Of a DNA stretch of 64,000 bases, positions 1-11,379 are shown in pieces. Below the pieces are notes generated by a model, which saw only the letters and a program-made list of their open reading frames with translations, did no database searches and was not told the origin of the DNA. How positions within the stretch are numbered: position 1 is the stretch's first letter; the number at the start of each line of letters is the position of its first letter. This stretch comes from Acidimicrobiaceae bacterium (GTDB lineage: Bacteria; Actinomycetota; Acidimicrobiia; Acidimicrobiales; RAAP-2): NCBI GenBank assembly GCA_003155915.1, contig PMFA01000029.1:2717-66716 (forward strand). The letters run 5' to 3'. Both the position numbers and the translations under genes were made by a program.

Positions 1-1002
<1,002 letters not shown>

Positions 1003-1067
1003 TGATTTCCTCCGACATGACCTCCGCCGCGACCATCCTACGAGGCGACAACGTCAAATCTTGGCAC

Positions 1068-1676
1068 CTACGCCCGCGCCGTGATTACTTCGTCAATCAG
1101 TCCGTATTCCACGGCTTCGGTGGCACTGATGATGAAGTCACGGTCGGTGTCCTTGGTGATGCGCTCGACGGACTGACCCGTGTCCTGGGCGAGCATGTCG
1201 TTCAACATGTCCTTCATGCGAAGGATCTCGCGGGCCTGGATCTCGATGTCCGACGCCTGTCCTCCGACGCCTCCCCACGGTTGGTGCAGCAACACGCGCG
1301 CGTGCGGCAACGCGAAGCGCTTGCCCTTGGCACCGGCGCCGAGCAACACGGCGGCGGCCGAGGCCGCCTGACCGAAGCAGAACGTCGAAACGGCCGGCTT
1401 GATGTACTTCATCGTGTCGTAGACCGCGAGCAGTCCGGTGATGTCACCGCCCGGTGAGTTGATGTAGAGGTTGATGTCCTTGTCGGGGTCCTCGGACTCG
1501 AGAAAGAGCATCTGGGCGCAGATCAGGTTGGCGATCGTGTCGTCGATGGGCGTGCCGAGGAAGATGATGCGCTCGCGCAGCAGTCGGCTGTAGAGGTCGT
1601 AGGCGCGCTCGCCCCGGTTCGACGATTCGACGACCGTGGGGACGAGGTAGTTCTGGGCTCTGAAGTATTCGTTCAC
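1068..1676 (-). CDS. clpP: ATP-dependent Clp protease proteolytic subunit ClpP
   Basis: 202-aa ORF with GQAASAAA (Ser nucleophile context), LLHQP (His) and DTDRD. Family-typical length, between tig and clpX. Confidence 0.95.
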   Translation of the reverse strand: MNEYFRAQNYLVPTVVESSNRGERAYDLYSRLLRERIIFLGTPIDDTIANLICAQMLFLESEDPDKDINLYINSPGGDITGLLAVYDTMKYIKPAVSTFCFGQAASAAAVLLGAGAKGKRFALPHARVLLHQPWGGVGGQASDIEIQAREILRMKDMLNDMLAQDTGQSVERITKDTDRDFIISATEAVEYGLIDEVITARA

Positions 1677-1685
1677 CCGACTACC

Positions 1686-3080
1686 TTAGGCGTCAGCGTC
1701 CGTCACCTCGGCGCCGTCATCGTCGGTTTCGGCGGCTTCGGACTCGGATTCGTCGGCTTCCACGGACTGATCGGCGCGCAACATCGCGTGGTCGATCTCG
1801 ACACCCTCGGGGTCCACGTAGACGACGTTCTCGATCAACCACTTCGACGCCTTCATCTTCGAGACCTCGGCCGTGAAGCTGACGACGCGGCCGGAATCGC
1901 GGAGGTTGTCGCGGAGTAGATCCGCCGACACCCCCATCGCCTCGGCGGTGCGTTCGAGTTCTTCGTCGATCTCTTCGGGCGTTGCCTCGAGGTGCTCGGC
2001 GGCGACCAACGCGCGCATCGCGAGATCGACGCGCACGGCGCGCACGGCGTCGTGGCGCAGCGTGGCGAGCAGGTCTTCGGGTGACTGATTGGTCACCTGC
2101 AAGAACATCTCCAACGTGAGTTTCTGGGCGCCGAGTCGCTCGCCGAGGTCGTGCAGACGCTCGTTGGTCTCGGCGTTGATCAGTACCTCGGGGGCGACGT
2201 CCTCGGCCACGAGTTCGCTCAACGCGATCAGCGCCGCGTCACGTTGGGACATCTGGGCTTCAACGATCTTGCGCCGACGCATCTGCACAAGGATCGCCTC
2301 GCGCATCTCTTCGGCGCTCGTCCATTCGGAGTTCTCGGCGACCCACTCGTCGCTCAATTCGGGCAGTACTCGCTCTTGGACCTGCTTCAATTTCAACTCG
2401 TAGGTCGCGACAACGCCCTCGCCCACCGGCGCGTTCATCTTCAGATCTTCGCCGGCCTTGAGTCCCAGGATCAGTTCGTCGATACCCTCGGCGATCGAAC
2501 CTGTACCGACGGTGTACATGAAGTCGGTCATGTCGAGCGGCTCCGCCTCGGTGGCGATCTGTTGGACGTGCACGTCCATCGTTACGAGGTCGCCGGTGAC
2601 AATCGGCCGGTCGACGGGATTGAGCACGGCGTCGGTCTCGAGGTAGCGGTTGATCTGGAGGTCAACCTCACTATCCGTGACCACCGGGGAAGGAATGGTG
2701 ACGCGCAGTTCGCGTTGGCCCTTGATGGAGATCTCCGGTCGCACCTCGACCTCGGCTTCGAAGGTGAGCTGGCCCTCCTCCTCACCGGCGGTGATGTTGA
2801 TGTCGGGCTGACCGATCGGGTCGATGAGCGAATCGGCGACGGCGCGAGCGTAAAAGTCGGGCAGCGACTCACGAATCGCCTCAGTGCGCAGAACCGAAGT
2901 GCCGCCGATATTGGCGATCAGGACGTTCTTGGGGACCTTGCCCTTGCGAAAGCCCTTCACCGACACCTGCTTGGAAAGGACCTTCGCGGCCGCGTCCATC
3001 GCCTCGTCCATCTCGGCGTCGTCGATTTCGACGGTCAGCATGATTCGGTTGTTCTCGAGCAGGGTGGTCGTGGCGCGCAT
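1686..3080 (-). CDS. tig: trigger factor
   Basis: 464-aa ORF with the N-terminal ribosome-binding signature GFRKGKVP and an acidic C-terminal tail. Synteny with clpP/clpX. Confidence 0.93.
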   Translation of the reverse strand: MRATTTLLENNRIMLTVEIDDAEMDEAMDAAAKVLSKQVSVKGFRKGKVPKNVLIANIGGTSVLRTEAIRESLPDFYARAVADSLIDPIGQPDINITAGEEEGQLTFEAEVEVRPEISIKGQRELRVTIPSPVVTDSEVDLQINRYLETDAVLNPVDRPIVTGDLVTMDVHVQQIATEAEPLDMTDFMYTVGTGSIAEGIDELILGLKAGEDLKMNAPVGEGVVATYELKLKQVQERVLPELSDEWVAENSEWTSAEEMREAILVQMRRRKIVEAQMSQRDAALIALSELVAEDVAPEVLINAETNERLHDLGERLGAQKLTLEMFLQVTNQSPEDLLATLRHDAVRAVRVDLAMRALVAAEHLEATPEEIDEELERTAEAMGVSADLLRDNLRDSGRVVSFTAEVSKMKASKWLIENVVYVDPEGVEIDHAMLRADQSVEADESESEAAETDDDGAEVTDADA

Positions 3081-3115
3081 AGGCGTGCCAGCCTACTGGA
3101 GGGACTGCGAATGCA

Positions 3116-4015
3116 TTAAATCATGATGACCAGCGAGTCAGCGAAGGCGCCCGCTATCACGCGATCCCCCCGGACGTCCGTCGCCGAAGCGGCAAGAAAC
3201 GCCGCGGCGCTGATGCGTCCAGCGGCGCGACGCCAGAAGAGGGCGACCGGCGTCGTGATTTCGAGCGTCGGCGTGTCCGCGCTGTCGTTGAGGGCGAGCG
3301 CGCGTCCGTCGACGACGCCGATCAGCACGGATCTCGCGAGACGACCACTCAAGTTGACGCGAACCAGCGTGCCGTCGGGCGACTTCATGCGTTTGCCCAC
3401 GATGTAGGGCAGCGCCGACTCGAAGCGGTTCACGACGATCTCTTCGCCGGGCCCGTGATCGTCCTCGGGTTGCAAGAGCGCGTCGCGGATGTCCTGGAGG
3501 TGTATCCAGCTATCGACGACACGCGTCTCTTGGAACCGATGGTACGGTCGCTCCCCTTCGGGACTCCAGCCGACCTTCTCCCAACCTTTGTCGTCGAGCG
3601 CGCGAAGCGCGGCGATCGAACGCGCGCACTGCACGCGCAGTTCGTCGAGTACTTCGAGGCCCGGTCGCTCGCGATTGGCCTGCACGAAGGCCTCGTTGAA
3701 CTCGCCAATTGGATTGTGCACGTACTGCGGCCACTCCCCGTGATGCGCCGGTACCGCTTCACCGTGGAGCATTTTTTCAAATCCCACCAGGTGGCTGAGG
3801 ACGTCTTTCACGCTCCAGCCGGGACACGGCGTGAGCGCGTCATAGCTCTCGGGGGGCTGCGGCCGAACCAACCGGTCAATCGAACCCCACGTCGTATCCA
3901 GCGCATCGATGATCCACTCGTAGGCCACGTCCGCCTCCACTGGTCCTGGTGCCAGCCTACGAAAGAGCGGTGGTGCGGATGACGATTTCAGCGTTTGTGT
4001 AACGATGGTGGGCAC
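3116..4015 (-). CDS. DinB-like / maleylpyruvate isomerase family mycothiol-dependent enzyme (putative)
   Basis: 299-aa ORF. The N-terminal region (CPGWSVKDVLSHLVGFE) resembles the DinB/MDMPI_N fold of actinobacterial TIGR03083-type proteins. Family assignment is from memory of the motif only. Confidence 0.6.
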   Translation of the reverse strand: MPTIVTQTLKSSSAPPLFRRLAPGPVEADVAYEWIIDALDTTWGSIDRLVRPQPPESYDALTPCPGWSVKDVLSHLVGFEKMLHGEAVPAHHGEWPQYVHNPIGEFNEAFVQANRERPGLEVLDELRVQCARSIAALRALDDKGWEKVGWSPEGERPYHRFQETRVVDSWIHLQDIRDALLQPEDDHGPGEEIVVNRFESALPYIVGKRMKSPDGTLVRVNLSGRLARSVLIGVVDGRALALNDSADTPTLEITTPVALFWRRAAGRISAAAFLAASATDVRGDRVIAGAFADSLVIMI

Positions 4016-4089
4016 GGGGCGTAGCGCAGCTTGGTTAGCGCGCCTGGTTTGGGACCAGGAGGTCCCGGGTTCGAATCCCGGCGCCCCGA
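4015..4089 (+). tRNA. tRNA-Pro (anticodon TGG)
   Basis: Hand-folded cloverleaf. Acceptor CGGGGCG/CGCCCCG, anticodon arm CCTGG-TTTGGGA-CCAGG, T-arm CCGGG-TTCGAAT-CCCGG, discriminator A. CCA is not encoded. Confidence 0.9.
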
Positions 4090-4205
4090 CGAAGTGACGG
4101 TGTGGGATTCGTCCTTCTCGCGCAGCGGAAATCGACGCGGCGAAATTGGGCGCCGCTGGCCCTTTCGCTCACCTGATGGGCGCAGGCTGCTCGTCCGCCC
4201 TTTGG

Positions 4206-4469
4206 CTACGGCTGATCGGGCAGTCCCCCGCCGGTCGTCTCGATGCCCTTCAGAATTCGATCGAGGCGCCCCTGGCGATTTTTCTCCACCGTCTCAGCCT
4301 GTGTGACGTTGAAGTTGGCCAGCTCGGGATCGACGACCATCCCCTCGGTCACTTTCAGTGCCGCCCCGCACCGAGCGCAGCGCGTCGAGCCGAGTTTGTT
4401 CTCTTCGGAGCACGCTTAGCACGTGATGTAGGAACTCGTAGCGCCCCTCTCGTCGTCGATTCTCACCAT
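4206..4469 (-). pseudogene. small zinc-ribbon ORF interrupted by an in-frame TAA (possible pseudogene or sequencing error)
   Basis: ATG at 4469 is preceded by GGAAGGGG (SD-like). Translation: MVRIDDERGATSSYITC*ACSEENKLGSTRCARCGAALKVTEGMVVDPELANFNVTQAETVEKNRQGRLDRILKGIETTGGGLPDQP*. The TAA (4416-4418) sits inside the first CxxC of a CxxC...CxxC pair. Confidence 0.4.
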
Positions 4470-4547
4470 TGTACGGCCCCTTCCAAAGTGTGGCCTCCGT
4501 TAGCGCGCCCCAATCGATTCTGGATCGGACAGTGCAACAATGACGTG

Positions 4548-6200
4548 ATGAGTGAGTCGAACCCTCCGACGTTTCGACACGATTCGTTCAAGAAGTCGTC
4601 GCCCCATGATCGACGTACATTCCTTCGACGAACGCTCGGCGTCGGAGTGGTCGCCGGTGCCGCGGTCGCCGGAGCTGTGTATCTCGAGGAACGTCGGCCG
4701 TCGTCGGTCGCAACCACGACCACTCGGCCCTCTCCAACAACGACGACGACATCAGGTCCCGCCACCGCCGCGTCGTGGACACAACTCGGCACGTCATTGA
4801 CCGGTTCCTTGGTACTTCCGTCCAATCCCCGCTACGCCATTGACCGTCTGCTGTACAACTCCAAGTTCGTCAACCTCCATCCCCGCGCCATCGCGTATTG
4901 CGCCACGCCCGATGACGTCGCGCGGTGCCTCGACTTCGCGACGTCGCACGACGTTGCCATCGCTCCACGTTCGGGCGGACATAGTTACGGCGGATATTCG
5001 AACAGCGAGGGCTTAGTCATTGACGTCAGTCGAATGGCGTCGATCAGCGTTGATCCGGCGGCAAACACCGCGCGGGTCGGTGCGGGCGCCAAATTGATCG
5101 ACGTGTACAACGTGGTCGGCAACGCTGGACGACTCCTTCCGGGCGGATCGTGTCCGACGGTCGGCATCGCCGGACTCGCCCTCGGTGGCGGGATCGGTGT
5201 CTTCGGCCGCAAATTCGGTCTCACGACGGACAACATCCGTTCGGTGACCATCGTCACGGCCGACGCAAATGTGCTCACCGCCGACACGAACACCAACAGC
5301 GATCTGTTGTGGGCCAGTCAAGGCGGCGGCGGCGGCAATTTCGGTGTCGTGACGTCATTCGAGTTCGACGTACACCCCATGCCGGAGGTGACGCTGTTCA
5401 CCCTCCAGTACCCGTGGGCGGCAGCGTCATCGATGTTGAGCGCGTGGGGTCAATGGGTTAATACCGCGCCGGACGAACTCTGGTCGAACTGCCAGTTGCT
5501 CACCCAGGGGACCTACGGGTACCTTCCCCAGATCGCTGGGGTGTACTGCGGCACACCGAGTGAACTCGCGAGCGTGCTCGCACCGCTCAAATCGGCCATC
5601 GGGACCGCGCCGACGTATTCCTTCAGCGGATCGAACAGCTACCTGAGTGCCATGGAGATTGAAGCGGGTTGCTCGGGCCTCTCGATCGCGGCGTGCCATC
5701 TGACGACCCAGAACCCGGCCGGCCGCCTAAGCCGAGAGGCGTATTCGGCGAAATCGAGTTACGTGGACGGTCCCATGAACGACGCGCAGGTGGCCGCGTT
5801 CATCAGCGCGGTCGAGAACCTCCACGCACACGCCCCGACGCTCGGCGGCGGTCTGGCTTTCGACTCCTACGGTGGAGCGATCAACCGCGTGGCGAGCGAC
5901 GCGACGGCATTCGTCCATCGCGACAAACTGGCCTGCATCCAAGCGACGTACTCCTGGTCGAGCTACACGCCACCGTCGGTGATCGCCGCGGGCGCGCGGT
6001 GGCTGGCGTGGCTCGGGCGTCACGTCTTTGATCCAACGACGGGCGCGTATCAGAACTACATCGACCCGACGCTCGCGAACTGGCCGAACGCGTACTACGG
6101 AGCGAACCTCTCACGCCTCGCCTCGATCAAGAGCGAATACGATCCCGGCAACCTGTTCTCATTCGCCCAGTCGATCCCCAGACTCGCTCGAGCGGTCTAG
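4548..6200 (+). CDS. secreted FAD-linked oxidase with berberine-bridge-enzyme (BBE)-like C-terminus
   Basis: Same frame as track ORF 4146..6200, but the plausible start is the ATG at 4548. That start gives a twin-arginine signal (DRRTFLRRTLGVGVVAGAAVAGA). Motifs: PCMH-type FAD domain with SGGHSYGGYS, and the C-terminal BBE signature YQNYIDP...YDPGNLFSFAQSI. Confidence 0.85.
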   Translation: MSESNPPTFRHDSFKKSSPHDRRTFLRRTLGVGVVAGAAVAGAVYLEERRPSSVATTTTRPSPTTTTTSGPATAASWTQLGTSLTGSLVLPSNPRYAIDRLLYNSKFVNLHPRAIAYCATPDDVARCLDFATSHDVAIAPRSGGHSYGGYSNSEGLVIDVSRMASISVDPAANTARVGAGAKLIDVYNVVGNAGRLLPGGSCPTVGIAGLALGGGIGVFGRKFGLTTDNIRSVTIVTADANVLTADTNTNSDLLWASQGGGGGNFGVVTSFEFDVHPMPEVTLFTLQYPWAAASSMLSAWGQWVNTAPDELWSNCQLLTQGTYGYLPQIAGVYCGTPSELASVLAPLKSAIGTAPTYSFSGSNSYLSAMEIEAGCSGLSIAACHLTTQNPAGRLSREAYSAKSSYVDGPMNDAQVAAFISAVENLHAHAPTLGGGLAFDSYGGAINRVASDATAFVHRDKLACIQATYSWSSYTPPSVIAAGARWLAWLGRHVFDPTTGAYQNYIDPTLANWPNAYYGANLSRLASIKSEYDPGNLFSFAQSIPRLARAV

Positions 6201-6204
6201 GAAT

Positions 6205-8775
6205 TTAGGACGTGGTTCGCACGTCGGACTGGTATATAAGGTCAGCGGAGGACTGGCCGATTCCGATGCCGTAGTTTCCGGCGGCCAAGGTGAAGGCGCC
6301 GTGCTCATAGACCTGTAATTCCGACCACGGGATGACGAGCAATATTCGTTTGGTCTGTGACGGCGTCAAGAGAACTCGCGCGAAGGCGCGCAGTTGCTCG
6401 GGCGGTTCATCGGTCACAGCCGGATCACGTACGTAGGCCTGCACGACGTCATCACCACTCCGAGCGCCCACGTTCGTGGCTGACACCCGGACTTCGACGC
6501 CACTCGTCGACGCGGTAATCAGCGGATCGGACAGAACGAAGTTCGTGTAGTCGAGTCCGTAACCGAAGGCGAACAGCGGAGTCACGTGAGTCGCTTGGTA
6601 CCACCGATACCCGATGTCGAGGTTCGAACCAAAGTCGACGGTGCCGTCGACCCCGGGAAACATCCGCGCCGACGTTTCGGGCATCTCGTTTTCGCTGGCC
6701 GGGAAGGTGATGGGCAGTCGACCGGAGGGGTCGACGCGGCCGCTAAGTACTTGCGCGATGGCCGCGCCGGCCTCTTGGCCCGGGTACCACGCTTCGAGCA
6801 CCGCGGCGACGTGACGTAACCACGGCATCAAGACGGCTCCCCCGGTATTGAGGACGACCACGGTGCGTGGGTTCGCCGCGGCCACCGCTGCAATAAGCGC
6901 GTTCTCGTCCCCGGGCAGGTTCAGGTTCGGACGATCGGCGCCCTCGGTCGTCTGGTCGCCGGCGAACACAATGGCCACCTTGGAGCGCTTCGCCGCCGCG
7001 ACCGCCGCGTCGATTTGGGATGTCACGTCAATGATCGAGAACTTCGGTGGCTGGTGGTGGGCAACCGCGAACCATCGCGCGCCGAAGGTGTACACGTGTC
7101 CTCGCGTGAGATGCACGGCAGCCGCCGTGTCGTCGCGGGCGTGAAGTCCCGGGGAGCCGAGGATCATTCGGCCGTTCACGTAGAGCCAGGTGTCGCCGTA
7201 CTGCTGAATTGTGAGATCGAACGTGCCGGTCGCCTCGGCGCGCGCCTTCATCGTCCACTTCATCCAAAAGCGACCACGGCGCGGCGCGGCCGCGGTGACG
7301 ACGTAGGGCGTCACGTTCGGTGCTTCGTCAATTCGCAGGTCGGCCTTGCCCGGTTCGCCGAACAGACGCAGCGGCGTGACCAATTTGAGCGGTCGGCCGC
7401 TCACGACGCGCAGCCCCTGAAAGGCGTCGAGGTCTTCGGTGACCGGTCCACCCGGGGCGTAGATGACGTGGCACTTCGCACCGAGCGTCGCTCGAAGTCC
7501 CGACAACGGCGTGATGACGTGACTCGTGATGACTCGCGAACTGCCGCCACCGGCGTCGATGATTCCCTGATCAGCGTCGGTCCCGATCAACGCAATCGAG
7601 GAATCTCCTCTCGTGAGCGGCAAGACGCCGTCGTCTTTCAAGAGCACGACGCTGCTCTCGGCGGCACGAAGAGCCACCGCCACGTGTCCGGGCGTCGTCG
7701 CCGGAGTGAAGATCGAATTTCTGACGGGCCGTCCGATGTCGTGAAAACGAAACATCTCGACGAGCACCGATCGCACCGCTCGATTGAGGTCACTGATGGA
7801 CAACTGTCGCGAAGTCACGCTTCGTTGAAGTCGACGCAACGACGCCGGCTTCACCAGTGAGATCCCGGCTCGAAAGGCGGCGGCGATGCTGTGCGCCGCG
7901 CGCTGATCCGACCGGACAAATCCGGCGAAGTGCCACGAGCGCAACGTCGAATAGATGTACGGGTTCGCGCACGTGTCGACGCCGTTGAGCTTCCCGTAGG
8001 CGCACATGATGCCCGCCACGTGTCCCTGCTGCACGACCGCACGGAACGGCGCGTCGTAGATTTCGGCGAGTGTCCGGGCCGAGACGACCTGGTTCAGACG
8101 AGCTCGGGCCGTCTCTTGGGTGTACGCGCCGAAGTGCTTCGCTTCGGCCATGACACCGGTCGACTGGATGCCTTGCACGTCGGCCACGCCGAGCACGCTC
8201 GCGAGGAAGGGATCTTCGCCGTAGGTTTCGAAACCGCGGCCGTCGAGAGGTTCGCGAAGGAGGTTCAACTCCGGTCCCTGCATCACCGTGATCCCCTTGG
8301 TGCGGGCCTCGTGGCCAATCGCTTCGCCCACGTCGCGCACGAGCGAAGGGTTGAAGCTCGCCGCGAGTCCCAACTCCGCGGGAAACGCCGTGACGCCGGT
8401 GAGTCCATTCGCGAGACCCATGGGTCCGTCGGAGAGTGAGAGCGGCGGAATACACAGTGACGGCACACCAACGTTCTGGTTCTCCAATGGAGGGTACGTA
8501 GAGAGAACGACGAAAGAGACTCGTTCGGCGAGCGTCATTCGCCGAAGCACCTCATTCGCCAATGCGACGTCACTGATTCCACGATGTCGCGACTGCGCCA
8601 CCCACGGACACGAGGTGGAAGTCGAGAAGCCATTCGCCGGCGCGCCGTACTTGTAATCGGACGCTCCGGCCACCGTGGGCGCCAGATTGAGGGTCAAGAA
8701 AACCGAGACGGCGGTTGCGGCGACTCCGGTGCGTCTCAATCTTCCCCGACGAATCTCTCGCTCTTTGAGAATCAT
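6205..8775 (-). CDS. glycoside hydrolase family 3 (beta-glucosidase-like) with PA14-like insertion, secreted
   Basis: 856-aa ORF with an N-terminal signal-like segment (VAATAVSVFLTLNLAPTVAGA). GH3 motifs KHFGAYTQE and AGFVRSDQ (nucleophile region). A beta-sandwich insertion around TFDLTIQQYGDTWLYVNGRMILG resembles PA14. Confidence 0.88.
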   Translation of the reverse strand: MILKEREIRRGRLRRTGVAATAVSVFLTLNLAPTVAGASDYKYGAPANGFSTSTSCPWVAQSRHRGISDVALANEVLRRMTLAERVSFVVLSTYPPLENQNVGVPSLCIPPLSLSDGPMGLANGLTGVTAFPAELGLAASFNPSLVRDVGEAIGHEARTKGITVMQGPELNLLREPLDGRGFETYGEDPFLASVLGVADVQGIQSTGVMAEAKHFGAYTQETARARLNQVVSARTLAEIYDAPFRAVVQQGHVAGIMCAYGKLNGVDTCANPYIYSTLRSWHFAGFVRSDQRAAHSIAAAFRAGISLVKPASLRRLQRSVTSRQLSISDLNRAVRSVLVEMFRFHDIGRPVRNSIFTPATTPGHVAVALRAAESSVVLLKDDGVLPLTRGDSSIALIGTDADQGIIDAGGGSSRVITSHVITPLSGLRATLGAKCHVIYAPGGPVTEDLDAFQGLRVVSGRPLKLVTPLRLFGEPGKADLRIDEAPNVTPYVVTAAAPRRGRFWMKWTMKARAEATGTFDLTIQQYGDTWLYVNGRMILGSPGLHARDDTAAAVHLTRGHVYTFGARWFAVAHHQPPKFSIIDVTSQIDAAVAAAKRSKVAIVFAGDQTTEGADRPNLNLPGDENALIAAVAAANPRTVVVLNTGGAVLMPWLRHVAAVLEAWYPGQEAGAAIAQVLSGRVDPSGRLPITFPASENEMPETSARMFPGVDGTVDFGSNLDIGYRWYQATHVTPLFAFGYGLDYTNFVLSDPLITASTSGVEVRVSATNVGARSGDDVVQAYVRDPAVTDEPPEQLRAFARVLLTPSQTKRILLVIPWSELQVYEHGAFTLAAGNYGIGIGQSSADLIYQSDVRTTS

Positions 8776-9243
8776 CCCCGTCCCTTGAAAGTGTTGACGC
8801 CATCACTTCGGCGAAGATTTCTGGCAAAAGCATTCGACCCGCCCGAGGACCATACTTTTCGATCTTCGTCGCGAGCAGTCAACCACGTGAATGATTACGA
8901 CTTTCTTACGGATACCGCGCCCCCGCATCCATCGGGCGGAAGTTCGAGCACGTCGCGCACCAGATTCCACGTCCGCTTCTACTGACTCTGGCGCAATATT
9001 CTCCAGTCGATTTGGCGCTCGAATCGTGGATTTACCAGTGCGCGCATGGAAATGCCAACGCCCGCAATCTTCGACTCACGATTCACGATGCGTAAAAACT
9101 CAAGGTCGATTTCGTTGCTTTTCGTCACGCGCTGCAAGAACAAGCAGCCACTTCGGCGCCTCGCTACACTCTGCTCAATTCGACTTTGGGTACTAGGCAA
9201 GGGCGGACACGAGATTGGCGAACGACTCGTCATTCTCTAAGTC

Positions 9244-11286
9244 ATGGGGGACTGGATGAGAAGGATTCATATTGGATTTCGCACCGGCATTGCGCTCGCC
9301 GCTATGACGTTGGCATTATCGCCGGTGCTCAGCTTGAGCGCCGGAGCGAGTGGCACCGGTGCCAACGCCCCGGTGAACGTCGCGGGTGGAATCAGTCCCG
9401 CGAACGTCTCCGGAGCGGTGCCGTTCGGCCCGACAGTAGCGAGTACTCCTGAAGAGGTCTCGTTCATCCTGGACGAGAACCACCCGGCTCAGCTGCAGAA
9501 CATCGTAGAAAGTGGTATTCCGAACGAGAACTTCCTTTCCGTTGCACAATTCGCCGCACAGTACGGGCAGTCACAACAGAACATCAACGCGCTGACCAGT
9601 TATCTTTCCGGCTTCGGTATTACGACCACCGTTCTGCCCGACATGATCGACGTCAACGCGACCGGTACTGCGGGCGAATTCGACGCTGCGCTCTCGGTGG
9701 TGCAAGACAATTACCACTCGCCCGGTGGACAAGGCGCGAACAGCCAGCAGAAGGTCCCGGGCCAGACGTTCCACGGTCCCACAACCTCACCGCAGCTCCC
9801 GTACGACTTGTCGAAGTTCGTTCTCTCCGTACTCGGTCTGACGAACTACTCACCGTTCACGAGTGACGCGATGTCCGCCGTGTCCCAGAAGGTCACGACC
9901 ACGCCCTCGACGTTGAGCACGAATTCGTGCCTCGCGCTCGTCGGTCTTCCGGACGCGTGCAACACGCCGTCGAACTTCGAGAGCAACTACGGACTGACGA
10001 ATCTCGAAAAGCACTACAACGGAAGTGGCCAGACACTGGCCATCGTCACCTTGGCGACGATGGACGCTGGCTCACCGCAGTACTTCTGGGGCAACGTTCT
10101 TGGCATGACGCCGACCGGGCGTACGCTCACCGAGGTGCCCGTGGACGGCGGATCAGGTGCACCCAGCAACGGTGCCGGTTCGACCGAGACCGACCTCGAC
10201 GTCGAGCAGTCCGGCGCCATTGCCCCGGGGGCCAACATCTTGGTCTACGAGGCGCCGAACACCGACTACGGATTCGTTGACGCGTTTGCCCAGGCGGCCA
10301 GTTCGAACATCGCGTCCACCGTTTCGTCCAGTTGGGGCGAAGCCGAGTCGTTGATCAACGTCTACACCGCCGCGGGTGCTGAGACCACCGAGTATCAGGC
10401 ATCCTTCGACGAGATCTTCGAAGAGATGGCCATGCAGGGTCAGACGGGATTCATCGCGGCTGGTGACGCGGGCGCCTACGACGACAGCGACGAGATCGGC
10501 ACCACCAACCTCGACGTCGACTCACCGGGCGACAGCCCGTACATCACGACCGCCGGCGGCACGACGCTGCCGTGGAGTGGCACGTTCTCGGACTCCACCA
10601 CGAATCTGAGTGCGTCGGTTTCGGTCACCTCGCAGCGCGCGTGGGGCTGGGACTACCTCTGGCAGCCCATCGCCACGATTACCGGAGCTCCGTTGGCGTC
10701 GATCGCCGAATCTGAGTCGGCGGGCGGCGGCGGCGGTTACAGCCTTCTCGAGCAGACGCCGTACTACCAGCAAGGCGTCTCGGGCGTGCAAAACTACTCG
10801 GCGGTGCCGTACCTGACACCGACTGATCCGCAGAACATTTATGGCAGCGGCGTCATCTTGCCGACCGCGTGGAATTTCAACGCCACGCCTTCGGTGATCA
10901 CGGGTTCCAACACAGGTCGGGCGACGCCGGACTTGGCCACGGACGCCGACCCCGAATCCGGGTACCTCGAATGGTCCGGGTCGTTCACACCGACCACGGC
11001 CAACGGCTACCTCGAGGGCGGTTGGGGTGGCACGAGTTTCGTCGCTCCCCAGTTGAACGGTTCGGCCGCGTTGATTGATTCGGCGCTCGGTTACCGCACC
11101 GGTTTCTGGAACCCGGACCTGTACTGGGCGGCATCGCACGGCAACTCGCCGTTCACGCCGCTCGACACCGCCGGGACCAGCAACGACAACCTCTTCTTCA
11201 CTGGTACCCCGGGCACGGTGTTCAACCCAGCCACGGGACTCGGTGTTCCGAACCTCGGCCAGGTGAAGAGCCTGTTCGACAAATAA
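9244..11286 (+). CDS. S53 family (sedolisin/kumamolisin-like) serine peptidase with pro-domain, secreted
   Basis: 680-aa ORF with a signal peptide (IALAAMTLALSPVLSLSAGASG). ETDLDVEQSGAIAPGANILVYEAP carries the Glu/Asp of the S53 triad, and GGTSFVAPQLNGSAALI carries the catalytic Ser. Confidence 0.85.
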   Translation: MGDWMRRIHIGFRTGIALAAMTLALSPVLSLSAGASGTGANAPVNVAGGISPANVSGAVPFGPTVASTPEEVSFILDENHPAQLQNIVESGIPNENFLSVAQFAAQYGQSQQNINALTSYLSGFGITTTVLPDMIDVNATGTAGEFDAALSVVQDNYHSPGGQGANSQQKVPGQTFHGPTTSPQLPYDLSKFVLSVLGLTNYSPFTSDAMSAVSQKVTTTPSTLSTNSCLALVGLPDACNTPSNFESNYGLTNLEKHYNGSGQTLAIVTLATMDAGSPQYFWGNVLGMTPTGRTLTEVPVDGGSGAPSNGAGSTETDLDVEQSGAIAPGANILVYEAPNTDYGFVDAFAQAASSNIASTVSSSWGEAESLINVYTAAGAETTEYQASFDEIFEEMAMQGQTGFIAAGDAGAYDDSDEIGTTNLDVDSPGDSPYITTAGGTTLPWSGTFSDSTTNLSASVSVTSQRAWGWDYLWQPIATITGAPLASIAESESAGGGGGYSLLEQTPYYQQGVSGVQNYSAVPYLTPTDPQNIYGSGVILPTAWNFNATPSVITGSNTGRATPDLATDADPESGYLEWSGSFTPTTANGYLEGGWGGTSFVAPQLNGSAALIDSALGYRTGFWNPDLYWAASHGNSPFTPLDTAGTSNDNLFFTGTPGTVFNPATGLGVPNLGQVKSLFDK

Positions 11287-11307
11287 CGATGTAGCCAGAG
11301 TTCTTGG

Positions 11308-11351
11308 CAACAATGCCCGCGTGCCACGAAAGTGTCACGCGGGCATTGTTG
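11308..11351. terminator. strong hairpin downstream of the S53 peptidase gene (intrinsic-terminator-like, no clear T-tract)
   Basis: Perfect 16-bp inverted repeat CAACAATGCCCGCGTG (11308-11323) / CACGCGGGCATTGTTG (11336-11351) with a 12-nt loop. It lies between the convergent peptidase gene and tRNA-Arg. Confidence 0.5.
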
Positions 11352-11379
11352 TGTGGCGAAACAGCGTCCCGCGCCACGG

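Noticed and set aside
2151-3119. 322-aa plus-strand ORF, plus many similar long ORFs. Examples: 7015..7860, 12191..13165, 25178..25909, 36277..37200, 37849..38796, 40391..41245, 41442..42275, 55383..56558, 59325..60359, 60565..62022 and 62019..63173.
   Set aside because: Each lies antisense to, or out of frame with, a gene carrying unambiguous family motifs. Their products are Arg/Gly/Asp/His-rich low-complexity sequences typical of non-coding frames in GC-rich DNA.
4146-4547. N-terminal 134-aa extension of the FAD-oxidase ORF.
   Set aside because: The extension overlaps the zinc-ribbon ORF region on the other strand and has no coding-like features. It would also bury the twin-arginine signal that begins right after the ATG at 4548.
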